Shown here: positions 35,930 through 44,500 of the stretch, in pieces | Layout of the letters: every line of letters starts with the position of its first letter | Position numbering within the stretch: the first letter of the stretch is position 1 | Made by a program: the position numbers and the translations under genes | Notes under the pieces: generated by a model | The model's database searches: none | Told to the model about the DNA's origin: nothing | What the model saw: only the letters and a program-made list of their open reading frames with translations | Assembly (NCBI GenBank): GCA_035403265.1 | Contig: DAONEV010000002.1 | Coordinates: 1-58,096 of the forward strand | Reading direction: 5' to 3' | DNA from: Thermoanaerobaculaceae bacterium | GTDB lineage: Bacteria > Acidobacteriota > Thermoanaerobaculia > Thermoanaerobaculales > Thermoanaerobaculaceae | Length of the DNA stretch: 58,096 bases

Positions 35930-37627
35930 ATGGACGAGACAGATCGCAAGACGGGAGACGAGTTCATCGCCCTGGGGCTGGATTCCAGGCTGGCCGAGAC
36001 GCTCGCGGCGCTCGGGTACGAGGAGCCGACCCCGATCCAGCGGGCGGCCATCCCGCCCCTGCTCGCTGGTCGCGACCTCATGGGTCAGGCAGCGACGGGC
36101 ACCGGCAAGACCGCCGCTTTCGCCCTGCCGCTCCTCCACCGGCTGGAGGCGCTCGGCCGCGCCCGGTCGAAGCCCTCGGCCCTGGTCCTCGTGCCTACCA
36201 GGGAGCTGGCCGTGCAGGTCGCTGAAGCGGTGCATCGCTACGGCCGGCTCGTCGAGGGCAGCGTGCTGCCGCTTTACGGCGGGCAGAGCTTCGGTCAGCA
36301 GGCGCGGGTCCTGGAGCGCGGCGTCGACATCGTGGTCGCGACGCCCGGCCGGGCGCTGGACCATCTCAAGCGCGGCACCCTCGTCCTCGCCGGCCTGGTG
36401 ACTGTGGTCCTCGACGAGGCCGACGAAATGCTCGACATGGGGTTCGCCGAGGACATCCAGACGATCCTGGCCGCCACCCCCGCCGGGCGCCAGACCATGC
36501 TCTTCTCGGTGAGCCTGCCGGCGCCGATCCTGGCCATCGCCAGGCGGCACCTCACCGACCCGGTCGAGATCATCGTGCCCCGCGAGCGGCTGGCGGTGGG
36601 CGCTCCGCCCCGCGTGCGACAGACCGCCTACATCGTCGATCGCGCCCACAAGGTAGCGGCGCTCGGGCGCCTGCTCGACGCGGAGAACCCGGCCTCCGCC
36701 ATCGTCTTCTGCCGCACCCGCATCGAGGTGGACGAGCTGGCCGAGACGCTGGGGGCGCGTGGCTATCGCGCCGAGGCGCTGCACGGCGGCATGGCCCAGG
36801 AGGAGCGCGAGCGCGTCATGGGGAGGCTGCGCGCCGGCGCGGCGGACCTCGTGATCGCCACCGACGTTGCGGCCCGCGGTCTCGACATCGAGCAGCTTTC
36901 CCACGTCTTCAACTTCAACGTCCCCTCGACCTCTGAGGCCTACGTGCATCGCATCGGCCGGGTCGGTCGTGCCGGCCGTGCCGGCATCGTCGTCACCCTT
37001 GCCGAACCGCGCGAGCACCGGCTGCTGCGCAACATCGAGCACGCCACGAAGCAGAAGATCCACGTCGACCGGCTGCCGACCATCGCCGACCTGCGCGCCA
37101 AACGCCTCGACATGACCCGGGCCGCCGTCCACCAAATGCTGGTCGAGGACGATCTCGAGGAGGTGCGGGTCGTGGTCGAGTCGCTGGCGGGCGAGTTCGA
37201 CCTCATGCAGGTCGCCCTCGCGGCAGTGAAGCTGGCGCACCGCGCCGAGAACCGGCCGGAGGACGAGGGTGACGAGATCCCCGTGCTGGCGGTGGAGCCC
37301 CAGCGGCCGTCCCGCACGCCGGCACACCGCCGCGATGGGGGGAAGCGTCCGCGCCTCGACCGGCATGGTCCGACCGATGCAACCATGACCCGCATCGTGC
37401 TCGGCGCCGGCCGCCGGGCCGGCCTGCGTCCCAAGGACCTGGTCGGCGCCATCACCGGCGAGGCGGGGGTGGAGGGTAGCGCCGTGGGGGCGATCGACAT
37501 CGGCGACGACTCGTCGATCGTCGAGGTGGCCGTGGAGGTCGCCTCACGGGTGGTGCGGGCACTGCGTGGCGCCCGGATCAAGGGCACGCGGGTCACGGTG
37601 CGCCGAGCCCAGGTGGGCTCCATCTGA
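35930..37627 (+). CDS. DEAD-box ATP-dependent RNA helicase (DeaD/CsdA-like with DbpA-type C-terminal RNA-binding domain)
   Basis: Q-motif PTPIQ, AATGTGKT, PTRELA, VLDEADEML and HRIGRVGRAGR. The C-terminus has an RRM-like ...GAIDIGDDSSIVEV... segment. Motif III reads SVS rather than SAT. Confidence 0.92.
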   Translation: MDETDRKTGDEFIALGLDSRLAETLAALGYEEPTPIQRAAIPPLLAGRDLMGQAATGTGKTAAFALPLLHRLEALGRARSKPSALVLVPTRELAVQVAEAVHRYGRLVEGSVLPLYGGQSFGQQARVLERGVDIVVATPGRALDHLKRGTLVLAGLVTVVLDEADEMLDMGFAEDIQTILAATPAGRQTMLFSVSLPAPILAIARRHLTDPVEIIVPRERLAVGAPPRVRQTAYIVDRAHKVAALGRLLDAENPASAIVFCRTRIEVDELAETLGARGYRAEALHGGMAQEERERVMGRLRAGAADLVIATDVAARGLDIEQLSHVFNFNVPSTSEAYVHRIGRVGRAGRAGIVVTLAEPREHRLLRNIEHATKQKIHVDRLPTIADLRAKRLDMTRAAVHQMLVEDDLEEVRVVVESLAGEFDLMQVALAAVKLAHRAENRPEDEGDEIPVLAVEPQRPSRTPAHRRDGGKRPRLDRHGPTDATMTRIVLGAGRRAGLRPKDLVGAITGEAGVEGSAVGAIDIGDDSSIVEVAVEVASRVVRALRGARIKGTRVTVRRAQVGSI

Positions 37628-37684
37628 CTCCTGTCGGAACTGAGGGGTTGGCGCTCCGGCCACGGATCCTCCCGGCCGCCGTCC

Positions 37685-37713
37685 TTGACATGAAACCAAA
37701 GTGATATCATATT
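37685..37713 (+). promoter_or_regulatory. sigma70-like promoter upstream of the SPFH gene
   Basis: TTGACA (37685-37690), 17 nt, CATATT (37708-37713), in a short AT-rich island. GGAGG lies 7-8 nt before ATG 37739. Confidence 0.4.
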
Positions 37714-37738
37714 CGTATCAGCACGCGGAGGTGCTGCG

Positions 37739-38641
37739 ATGAGCAACGAGAGGACTTACAAGCCATTGTCGGGATGGGGCATGCTGGTGCTAAACATCCT
37801 TGCCTTCCCGGCGCTGATGGCCACGTTCATCTGGGTCGTCACCCAGTTGGACAGCCGGCAGATGAGCCCGGCCGCCGGTGTACCGACGCTGATCGGTGTC
37901 GCGCTGCTGCTGGCCGGCAACGGCCTTATCTCGGCCGGGTTCATCATCCTGCCGCCGAACATGGCCGGCGTCCTGGTGCTATTCGGTCGGTACATCGGCA
38001 CGGTGAAGGACAACGGTTTCTGGTGGGTGAACCCCCTCGCGTCGAAGCGCAAGGTGTCGCTGCGCGCCCACAACCTCAACAGCGAGAAGCTGAAGGTCAA
38101 CGACAAGGCCGGCAACCCGATCGAGATCGCGGCGGTCATCGTGTGGCGGGTGCGGGACACGTTCGCCGCCTGCTTCGAGGTCGAGAACTACGTCGACTAC
38201 GTGACCACCCAGAGCGAGTCAGCGCTGCGACACCTGGCCTCGGCCTACCCCTACGACTCGTGGGAGGAAGGCACCGTCGAGGTCGAGTCCCTGCGCGGCA
38301 ACATCGACGAGGTCTCGCTCGCCCTCGAGAAGGAGCTGCAGGTCCGGCTCGGCAAGGCCGGCGTCGAGGTCATGGAGGCCAGACTCTCGCACCTCGCGTA
38401 CGCCTCCGAGATCGCCGGCGCGATGCTGCAGCGCCAGCAGGCTTCGGCCATCATCGCGGCGCGCCAGAAGATTGTCGAGGGTGCCGTCGGCATGGTGCAG
38501 ATGGCGCTCCAGAAGCTCGCGAAGGACAACATCGTGGAGCTGGACTCGGAGCGGCGGGCCGCCATGGTGTCGAACCTCCTGGTCGTACTGTGCGGTGAGA
38601 AGGAAGCCCATCCGGTCATCAACGCCGGCTCGCTCTACTGA
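37739..38641 (+). CDS. SPFH/band-7 domain membrane protein
   Basis: Two N-terminal TM spans are followed by an SPFH-like core and a coiled-coil-like segment ([26 protein letters not shown]). Confidence 0.75.
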   Translation: MSNERTYKPLSGWGMLVLNILAFPALMATFIWVVTQLDSRQMSPAAGVPTLIGVALLLAGNGLISAGFIILPPNMAGVLVLFGRYIGTVKDNGFWWVNPLASKRKVSLRAHNLNSEKLKVNDKAGNPIEIAAVIVWRVRDTFAACFEVENYVDYVTTQSESALRHLASAYPYDSWEEGTVEVESLRGNIDEVSLALEKELQVRLGKAGVEVMEARLSHLAYASEIAGAMLQRQQASAIIAARQKIVEGAVGMVQMALQKLAKDNIVELDSERRAAMVSNLLVVLCGEKEAHPVINAGSLY

Positions 38642-38650
38642 GGAGAGGCC

Positions 38651-38842
38651 GTGGCGGAGAAGAAGCCCTTCTTGCTCCGCATCAGCCCCGAGCTGTGGGA
38701 GGAGCTGCAGCGCTGGGCCGCCGACGAGCTGCGCTCGGTGAACGGCCAGATCGAGTTCGTGCTGCGCCAGGCGGTGGCCGAGCGGCGGCGGGGACGGCCG
38801 GCACCACCGCCGGCTCCTCCCGAGCGGACGAAAGACCCATGA
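38651..38842 (+). CDS. small Arc/ribbon-helix-helix-like protein
   Basis: 63 aa. GTG 38651 is preceded by AGGAGAGG and lies 9 nt after the SPFH stop. FLLRISPELWEELQRWAADELRSVNGQIEFVLRQAV fits a beta-strand plus two helices (RHH). Confidence 0.55.
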   Translation: MAEKKPFLLRISPELWEELQRWAADELRSVNGQIEFVLRQAVAERRRGRPAPPPAPPERTKDP

Positions 38843-38845
38843 CGA

Positions 38846-38869
38846 GGGGGCGACCGGCGAGTCGCCCCC
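38846..38869 (+). terminator. GC-rich hairpin after the RHH gene
   Basis: GGGGGCGAC-cggcga-GTCGCCCCC, a 9-bp perfect stem, starts 4 nt after the stop. No clear U-tract follows. Confidence 0.4.
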
Positions 38870-38989
38870 TGTCCCGATTCCGGACCTGAGACGGGGGCCA
38901 GCGGTACAATCGGCCAGGACACACGGTACGAACACGGCACTCCTCGTCGGGCTGGGCTTGCCGTGTCTCTGCCACGGGGAGACGTCGCC

Positions 38990-39360
38990 ATGCGTGCATT
39001 CCTGGTCGCCGTGCTGATCCTCTCCACCCTGCCGGCCGCGGTGGCCCAGACCACCACCTTCGTCCGACCCGGCGGCGGCACGCCGGAGCAGTGCACGGGC
39101 CGGACCGACGCCGACTATCCCGGCTCCGGCTCGGGACAGGCGTGCGCTTTCGCCCACCCATTCCACGCCATGCCACCTGGGGGCACGCCGCGTCTGGCCG
39201 GTGGTGACACCCTGATCATCGCTCCCGGCTCGCACATGGCAGGCTTCGGGGCACCGGGAGCCGAGGGATGTGATGCCGTCGCAGCCTGGGACTGCCACAT
39301 GCCACCACTGCCCAGCGGGCCCGACGCCGCCCACCCGACCCGGGTCCTCGGCGCCGATTC
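38990..39360 (+). pseudogene. N-terminal fragment of a secreted protein (possible truncated gene)
   Basis: ATG 38990 has GGGGAG upstream, followed by a signal peptide (MRAFLVAVLILSTLPAAVAQ) and ~120 plausible residues. After about 39360 the frame becomes Arg-rich and antisense-like. It stays open to 40069 only by running antisense through the convergent gene 39503-41311. The 3' end is undefined. Confidence 0.35.
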
Positions 39361-39502
39361 CAGGTGCTTGCACCGCCGTCAGCACGCTCGCCTGACTCTC
39401 GTCGGGGCGCTGCACATCGACCGGGGGCGCCTCGGGCACCGCCGGGAACGACGCCCCGGCCGCCTCGACCTCGCCGGGGCCGGACGGGTCGGCGGGCGTT
39501 CG

Positions 39503-41311
39503 TCACTGCAGCATGACCAGCGCCCGGATCACACCACTACCCTGCGTCCACTCCTGCAGCGCCTTGCCGATCACCGTGCCCCGAGGTGGGTCGCTGCCGG
39601 CTCGCATGGCTTGGCCGGCCGTCGCGGCGGCCGTCAGCAGGTCGCCGGGGCGGATGGCGCCGGCCTCGGCGCTGACCTTGACCGGGACAACGCCGACGAT
39701 CGCCAGCGGCACACTCCCGATCGAGCTGGTCGCCTCGCTGCTGCCGCCGACAACCCCGGGTCTGGTCGAGTAGACGCCAGCCACCGTGGGCTGGAAGGCG
39801 GCCGTGCAGCGCTCGAGCTGGCCACCAGCATCGAGGCACAGCACGTCGCCGGGCTCAAGGCCTGCGGCGGCGGGCAGCAGCTCGGCGAAATCGGCGCCGC
39901 CGGGATGGAACGTCCCGTCGGCATAGACCTCGCCGCCTTTGGTGACCCGGAACTTGATGTCGCTCGCATCGCCGGTGATCGTCAGGACGTTGGTGCCCAT
40001 GCCAGCCTGAAGATCGAGGGCCACCCCGCCCGCCTGGTTCGTGAAACGGGCCCCATACCCGTCGGGTGAGTTCGAGGTCCCGAAGACGCCCAGGTTGAAC
40101 CCCGAGCTGGCCCCGGCATAGCCCCACACGCCGACGCCTCCCGTCGAGCTGGCGCTGCCAAAGACACCCTTCGCCGCGCCGGTGGGTGCACTGCCGTAGA
40201 CGCCAGAAGCCATGGTATCGCTGGAAGCGGTCTCGCCCCACACACCGTAGGCACGGCCCGTTGTTGCCGTCGCCGACCCCTCGACGCCGCGGCCGGTGGA
40301 CGAGCTCGTGACGCCGGACACGCCGGCGTTGTCTCCGGATGTCGAGGTGGCGCTACCGGAAACACCTTGACCAGTCGGCGAGGTCGAGATCCCCAGGACC
40401 CCACTGCCGCTTCCAGGTCCGGTCGACTCACCCTTGACGCCGCGCCCGCTGCCGCCACTGGAGACACCGTACACGCCATCCGAGCTAGCTCCTGTTGCCT
40501 CGCCGTAGACCCCGGCGCCCGCCGCGCCGCTCGCCGTGCCCATGGCGCCTCTCGCCGGAGCACTGCCGTACACACCGCGGCCGTCGGGTGAGCTGGCCGT
40601 GCCATAGACGCCGTACGTGGTCCCACTCGCGGCCGTGGAGCGGCCGTAGACGCCGTAGGTCAGGGCGGTGCCGTAGACGCCGCGGCCATCGGGCGAGAAC
40701 GAGGTGCCATAGACGCCATGCCCGGTCCCGGTGCCAGCCGACGCGATGCCGTAAACGCCGCGCGCGTCGCTGGTGGCACTCGAGCTGCCCTGCAGGCCAT
40801 AGCCGGTCGTCGAGGTGTTGGTCACGGTCAGGGCCGGACTCCCGGCCACGGCCCCCAGCACCTTGGCGCCTGGCAGCAGGCCCTGGGCGTACGGCGCGGT
40901 CGTCATGGCCTGGCGCGGGCTGAGCAGGGTGTACGAAGGCTCGGCGCCGCACTTGGCCTCCACCTGCAGCCAGCGCGCGTCGCCGACAAAGGCGCTGGAG
41001 CCGAACTCGCCTCCCGCGTTGACGACGGCGACAAAGTACCCATCGATCACCGACACGCTGGCGACGAGGCTGTCGCCTCCCAGCTTGCCGGTTGGATTCC
41101 CGAGAGAGTCCCAGAGGCTGAAGCGGAAGCCGCAGGTGGCGGTGACGGGAACACCGCCGGCGTCCCGGAGCACCCCCTGGTAGGTGAAGCCGGAGCCCAG
41201 TTGGACCAGCGAGATGTCGGGATCACTGGCTTCCTGGGCGCTTGACCGCCCACTGCCGATGGCGACCAGGATCAAGATCAGCACAGCAACACGCGGGCAC
41301 TTGGGACGCAT
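39503..41311 (-). CDS. secreted Gly/Ser-rich GVxG-repeat protein with tail-fibre-like C-terminal domain
   Basis: ATG 41311 is preceded by GGAGGAGGAG, and the ORF-track start at 41359 is an extension. Signal peptide VAVLILILVAIGSG. Contains 18 GV[YWFKLSE]G-anchored units and a C-terminal ~150 aa domain (GADFAELLP...GDVL...VAGVYS..PG...PLAIVGVVPVKV). Confidence 0.8.
   Translation of the reverse strand: MRPKCPRVAVLILILVAIGSGRSSAQEASDPDISLVQLGSGFTYQGVLRDAGGVPVTATCGFRFSLWDSLGNPTGKLGGDSLVASVSVIDGYFVAVVNAGGEFGSSAFVGDARWLQVEAKCGAEPSYTLLSPRQAMTTAPYAQGLLPGAKVLGAVAGSPALTVTNTSTTGYGLQGSSSATSDARGVYGIASAGTGTGHGVYGTSFSPDGRGVYGTALTYGVYGRSTAASGTTYGVYGTASSPDGRGVYGSAPARGAMGTASGAAGAGVYGEATGASSDGVYGVSSGGSGRGVKGESTGPGSGSGVLGISTSPTGQGVSGSATSTSGDNAGVSGVTSSSTGRGVEGSATATTGRAYGVWGETASSDTMASGVYGSAPTGAAKGVFGSASSTGGVGVWGYAGASSGFNLGVFGTSNSPDGYGARFTNQAGGVALDLQAGMGTNVLTITGDASDIKFRVTKGGEVYADGTFHPGGADFAELLPAAAGLEPGDVLCLDAGGQLERCTAAFQPTVAGVYSTRPGVVGGSSEATSSIGSVPLAIVGVVPVKVSAEAGAIRPGDLLTAAATAGQAMRAGSDPPRGTVIGKALQEWTQGSGVIRALVMLQ
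40049..40804 (-). repeat. degenerate in-frame tandem repeats (36-42 nt units) encoding GVxG modules
   Basis: CCGTAGACGCC-type strings (complement of GGCGTCTACGG = GVYG) recur on the plus strand. Protein units are mostly 12-14 aa. Confidence 0.7.
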
Positions 41312-41519
41312 GGTGATCTCCTCCTCCGAGCCGTGACGAAAAGAGTGGTCTGCATTCACTCTACCACCGAGAGACTGGCGATTCCTGCTCCACCCCGACG
41401 CGCTGAACGGCAGCGCCTCGGCGAACCGGAGATCGAGGCCGCACCTGCTGGGTTTCCCGAACGAGGCACGGCACGGGAGCCCGGAAGTCCGGCGACCGGT
41501 AGAATGACCTCAGGCCTGC

Positions 41520-44500
41520 ATGTCCGACGTTGTGCCGCATTGCCCCGTGCACCCGGACGTGCCGCTGGAGCCCCGGCGGCGGGGCTGGACGTGTCCCGCC
41601 TGCGAGCGCCGGGTGCTCACCTATCGGCAGTGGCCCCGGGCCGAGACGCATCTCGAGGTCGCGGCGGACCAGGGCGATCCGGTTCTGGAGCGGCTGCCGT
41701 GGCTGATCGCACCTCGCCTGGCCGTGGCCCGCGACCTCACGCAGCCTCCCGCGGCCCGGCTCGACCACGCCCTGGAGGCGGCGTTCGGGGCCATCCGTCT
41801 GGCCGCCCTGCTGCTGCTTGCCGCCGCCCGCCAGGCCGGGAAGGCCGACCACGAGCTTGCCGGCGCGTTGGGACGGCTGACGCTGCCCGGGTGGCGGAGC
41901 TGGGTCCTGCTCGGGGACCATCTGGGCGGAGAGGGAGGCCTGCTGGCGGGTGACGCCTGGTCCGCCGGCCTTGGGACCGCATGGCGCCAGCTCGCTGCCG
42001 CCGGCGGGGTGCTGGCGAGACTCCTCGAAGTGACCACCGCGCCGGCCGTGGTGAGGGACGCGGATGGGGAACCGGACGCGTCGTGGCTGCGCACCGCGGC
42101 CGACGCGGAGCAGGTCGTGGCGACGCTCTTCGGGCCCGACACACCCCGGCTGCTGCGGGTGGTGGAAGGCGGGGAGCCGTGCCGGGTGATCTCGCTGCAC
42201 GGGATCCACGCCGATCTCCTCTTCAAGGTGGAGGCGAGCGAGGCCGTCCCGGCACGTCATGGTGCCGGTACCGTGTTCGCGGTGCTCGGTGACGTGACGA
42301 TCCCCCTCGAGCCGTTTCTTCTTGCCAGCGAAATGATGACGGTCGTCCGTCCCGGAGTCCTGCAGGGTGACCCTGCTGTGGCCCTGCTGCTCCCAACAGC
42401 CGACGGGGCGCACTACCAGGGGTGCGGAGCTCCGACCTGGCGGGCCATGGACTGGGGACATCTGGCGACCTGGCTGTCCGAGTCCGGCGGGTTGGAGCCC
42501 GACCCCGTCAGGCGGCAGCAGGTGGCGGTGCCGGCTGCGATTCGCGCCAGCCGCGCCATCGAGCGGCTGCGCCGGTTGCCGTGGCACGCCGGGTCCTTCC
42601 TGTCCCGGCCGGGGCTGGAGGAGTCGTTCGCCGCGGCACTTCGCCGCCCGGGCCACGCAGTCCTGGTGGTGGGCGAGGCGGGCGCCGGCAAGACGGTGCT
42701 GCTGGCGCGGCTCGCCGCGCATCTGCTGGGCGAAGCCCAGGACGACGAGCTCTCGCCCGCTCTGTCCGCCCTGGCGACGAACCCTCCCGGCGACCCGGAC
42801 GTGGTGGCCCTGGTCAGTGGCCCCGGGGCCTGGAGGGCCGAGGCCGGGGACACCGGCGCTCGCATCCTCGTTTCGGCGGTTGCGGCGGCTCTGGGGATCC
42901 GCGACCCCAGGCAGGAGCGTCTCGATGACCTGCTCGCCGGTCTTGCGGAAAGCGGCGCAGACGACCGGCGCCTGGGCCGGAAGGTCTGGCTGCTCCTCGA
43001 CGGGCCCGACGAGTCCGAGCACGGCGAGGCGATTCTGGCCGCGCTCGACAGTGCCCTGGGCTGTCTCGCGAGCTACCCCTGGCTGCGACTGGCCGTGACG
43101 CTCGACGTGCGCACCTGGCGCGGCGGTGTCGGGTCGTCAGGCCAGCGCCGAGTGTGCTTCGAGAACGTCCGCGCACTGTACGACTTTGCCGACCCGCGCA
43201 GCGATCGCAGGCGGCCGTTCCTCGAGGTGCCGGGGCTCGATCCCGAGCGCGAGCTCCCCGCCTGGTTCGAGCACCGCCAGCGGGTGGACCCCGCACGAGC
43301 CTCTCCGGTGCCCTTCGCGCTGCTTCCCGACCAGCTTCGCAATGGGCTTCACAGCCCGCTGCAGGTGCAGCTCTTTCACGAGTCCGGTCGGTGGTTCGCC
43401 GAACCTGCGCCGGCTGACGACGCGCAGCGGCGGATGATCGGTTTCCTCCTCCGCCGGAGCGAGTCCGAGGGGTGGTCGCTCTCCGATCTCGCGGCGGCGC
43501 TGGTGCGGGCCCGGGCGCCGGGTGTTCCGCTGACCTGGATCTGGGAGCAGTGGCAGGCATGGGCCGGCGTGTCGGGCGCCGGTGGTCCGACCGTGGCGGC
43601 AGGCCCGAGTCCCATCGAGCGACTGATCTCGAACGGCCTCGTCCAAGTGCCCGAACGAATGTCGTGGCCACCCGACCAGGCGGACCTCCTGCTGTTTGCC
43701 CACCCCCTCATGGCCGAAAGCCTGATCTGTTGGGAGCTGCTGCGCAGGCTCCCGCCCGGCGATCAGCCCGGGGCCGGAGATCTCCTCGACGGCCTGGAGC
43801 TGGCCCCGGGGCGCTGGAGCTTGCGGAGCGAGCTGGCCGGTGCGTTGGCAGACCTGGCCGCGCGGCTGGTGGAAGCGGATACCGTGGCGCGACTCGACAT
43901 CCTCTTGACCGGCGGAGATGCGGAGCTCGCCGCACAGGCGCTGGCGGGCGCGCTGGCCGCGGCGTTCGCGGGCGCCGCGAAGAATGCCTGCCTGGAGCGC
44001 TGGCTGGCCGCGACCCGCGGTTCCCCGGAGGTGGCTCGCAGGCTCAACCATGCGTTCATCCTGGCCGGGCTCCCGCGGCCGCTCGACGCCGCTGCGGCCA
44101 GCTTCCGGATCGAGGTCCGGCAAGCCCTCGTGGCGCACGTCCCGGACGAGCCCGGGAGGCACCAGGCCCTCGTGTCGGCGCTGGCCGCCAGGGCGGTGCG
44201 CGAGGCCGACCCGGCGGCGGTTCTCCGCGACCTGCGCGCCGCCCGGGAGCACCTCGCCACGCTGCGTCGCCGCTGGCCTGCCCGCCCGGGGCTTGCCGAG
44301 CTCTCGGCCGCGGTCTTGCCGTGGCTGGGCGAGGCGGCCGCCACCCTCGGCCATACCGGCGAGGCCGAGGTGGTGTTGCGCGCGGCTCTCCCGATCGTCC
44401 GCGCTCGGGTCGCCGGGGATCCGTCCGGCGGTCGCGCCGAGCGGTGCCTGGCGATGACGCTCGTCACGCTGGCCGACCTTGCCCTCTCGGCGGCCCGCCC

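Noticed and set aside
39361-40069. 3' part of ORF 38963..40069
   Set aside because: It runs antisense through the well-supported convergent gene 39503..41311, and its translation becomes Arg-rich. Only the first ~125 codons look genuine.
41345-41367. GTGGT ... ACCAC inverted arms upstream of the fibre-like gene
   Set aside because: The arms are separated by 13 nt rather than 2-3 nt, and the site lies outside the hexuronate regulon. It is most likely a chance match.
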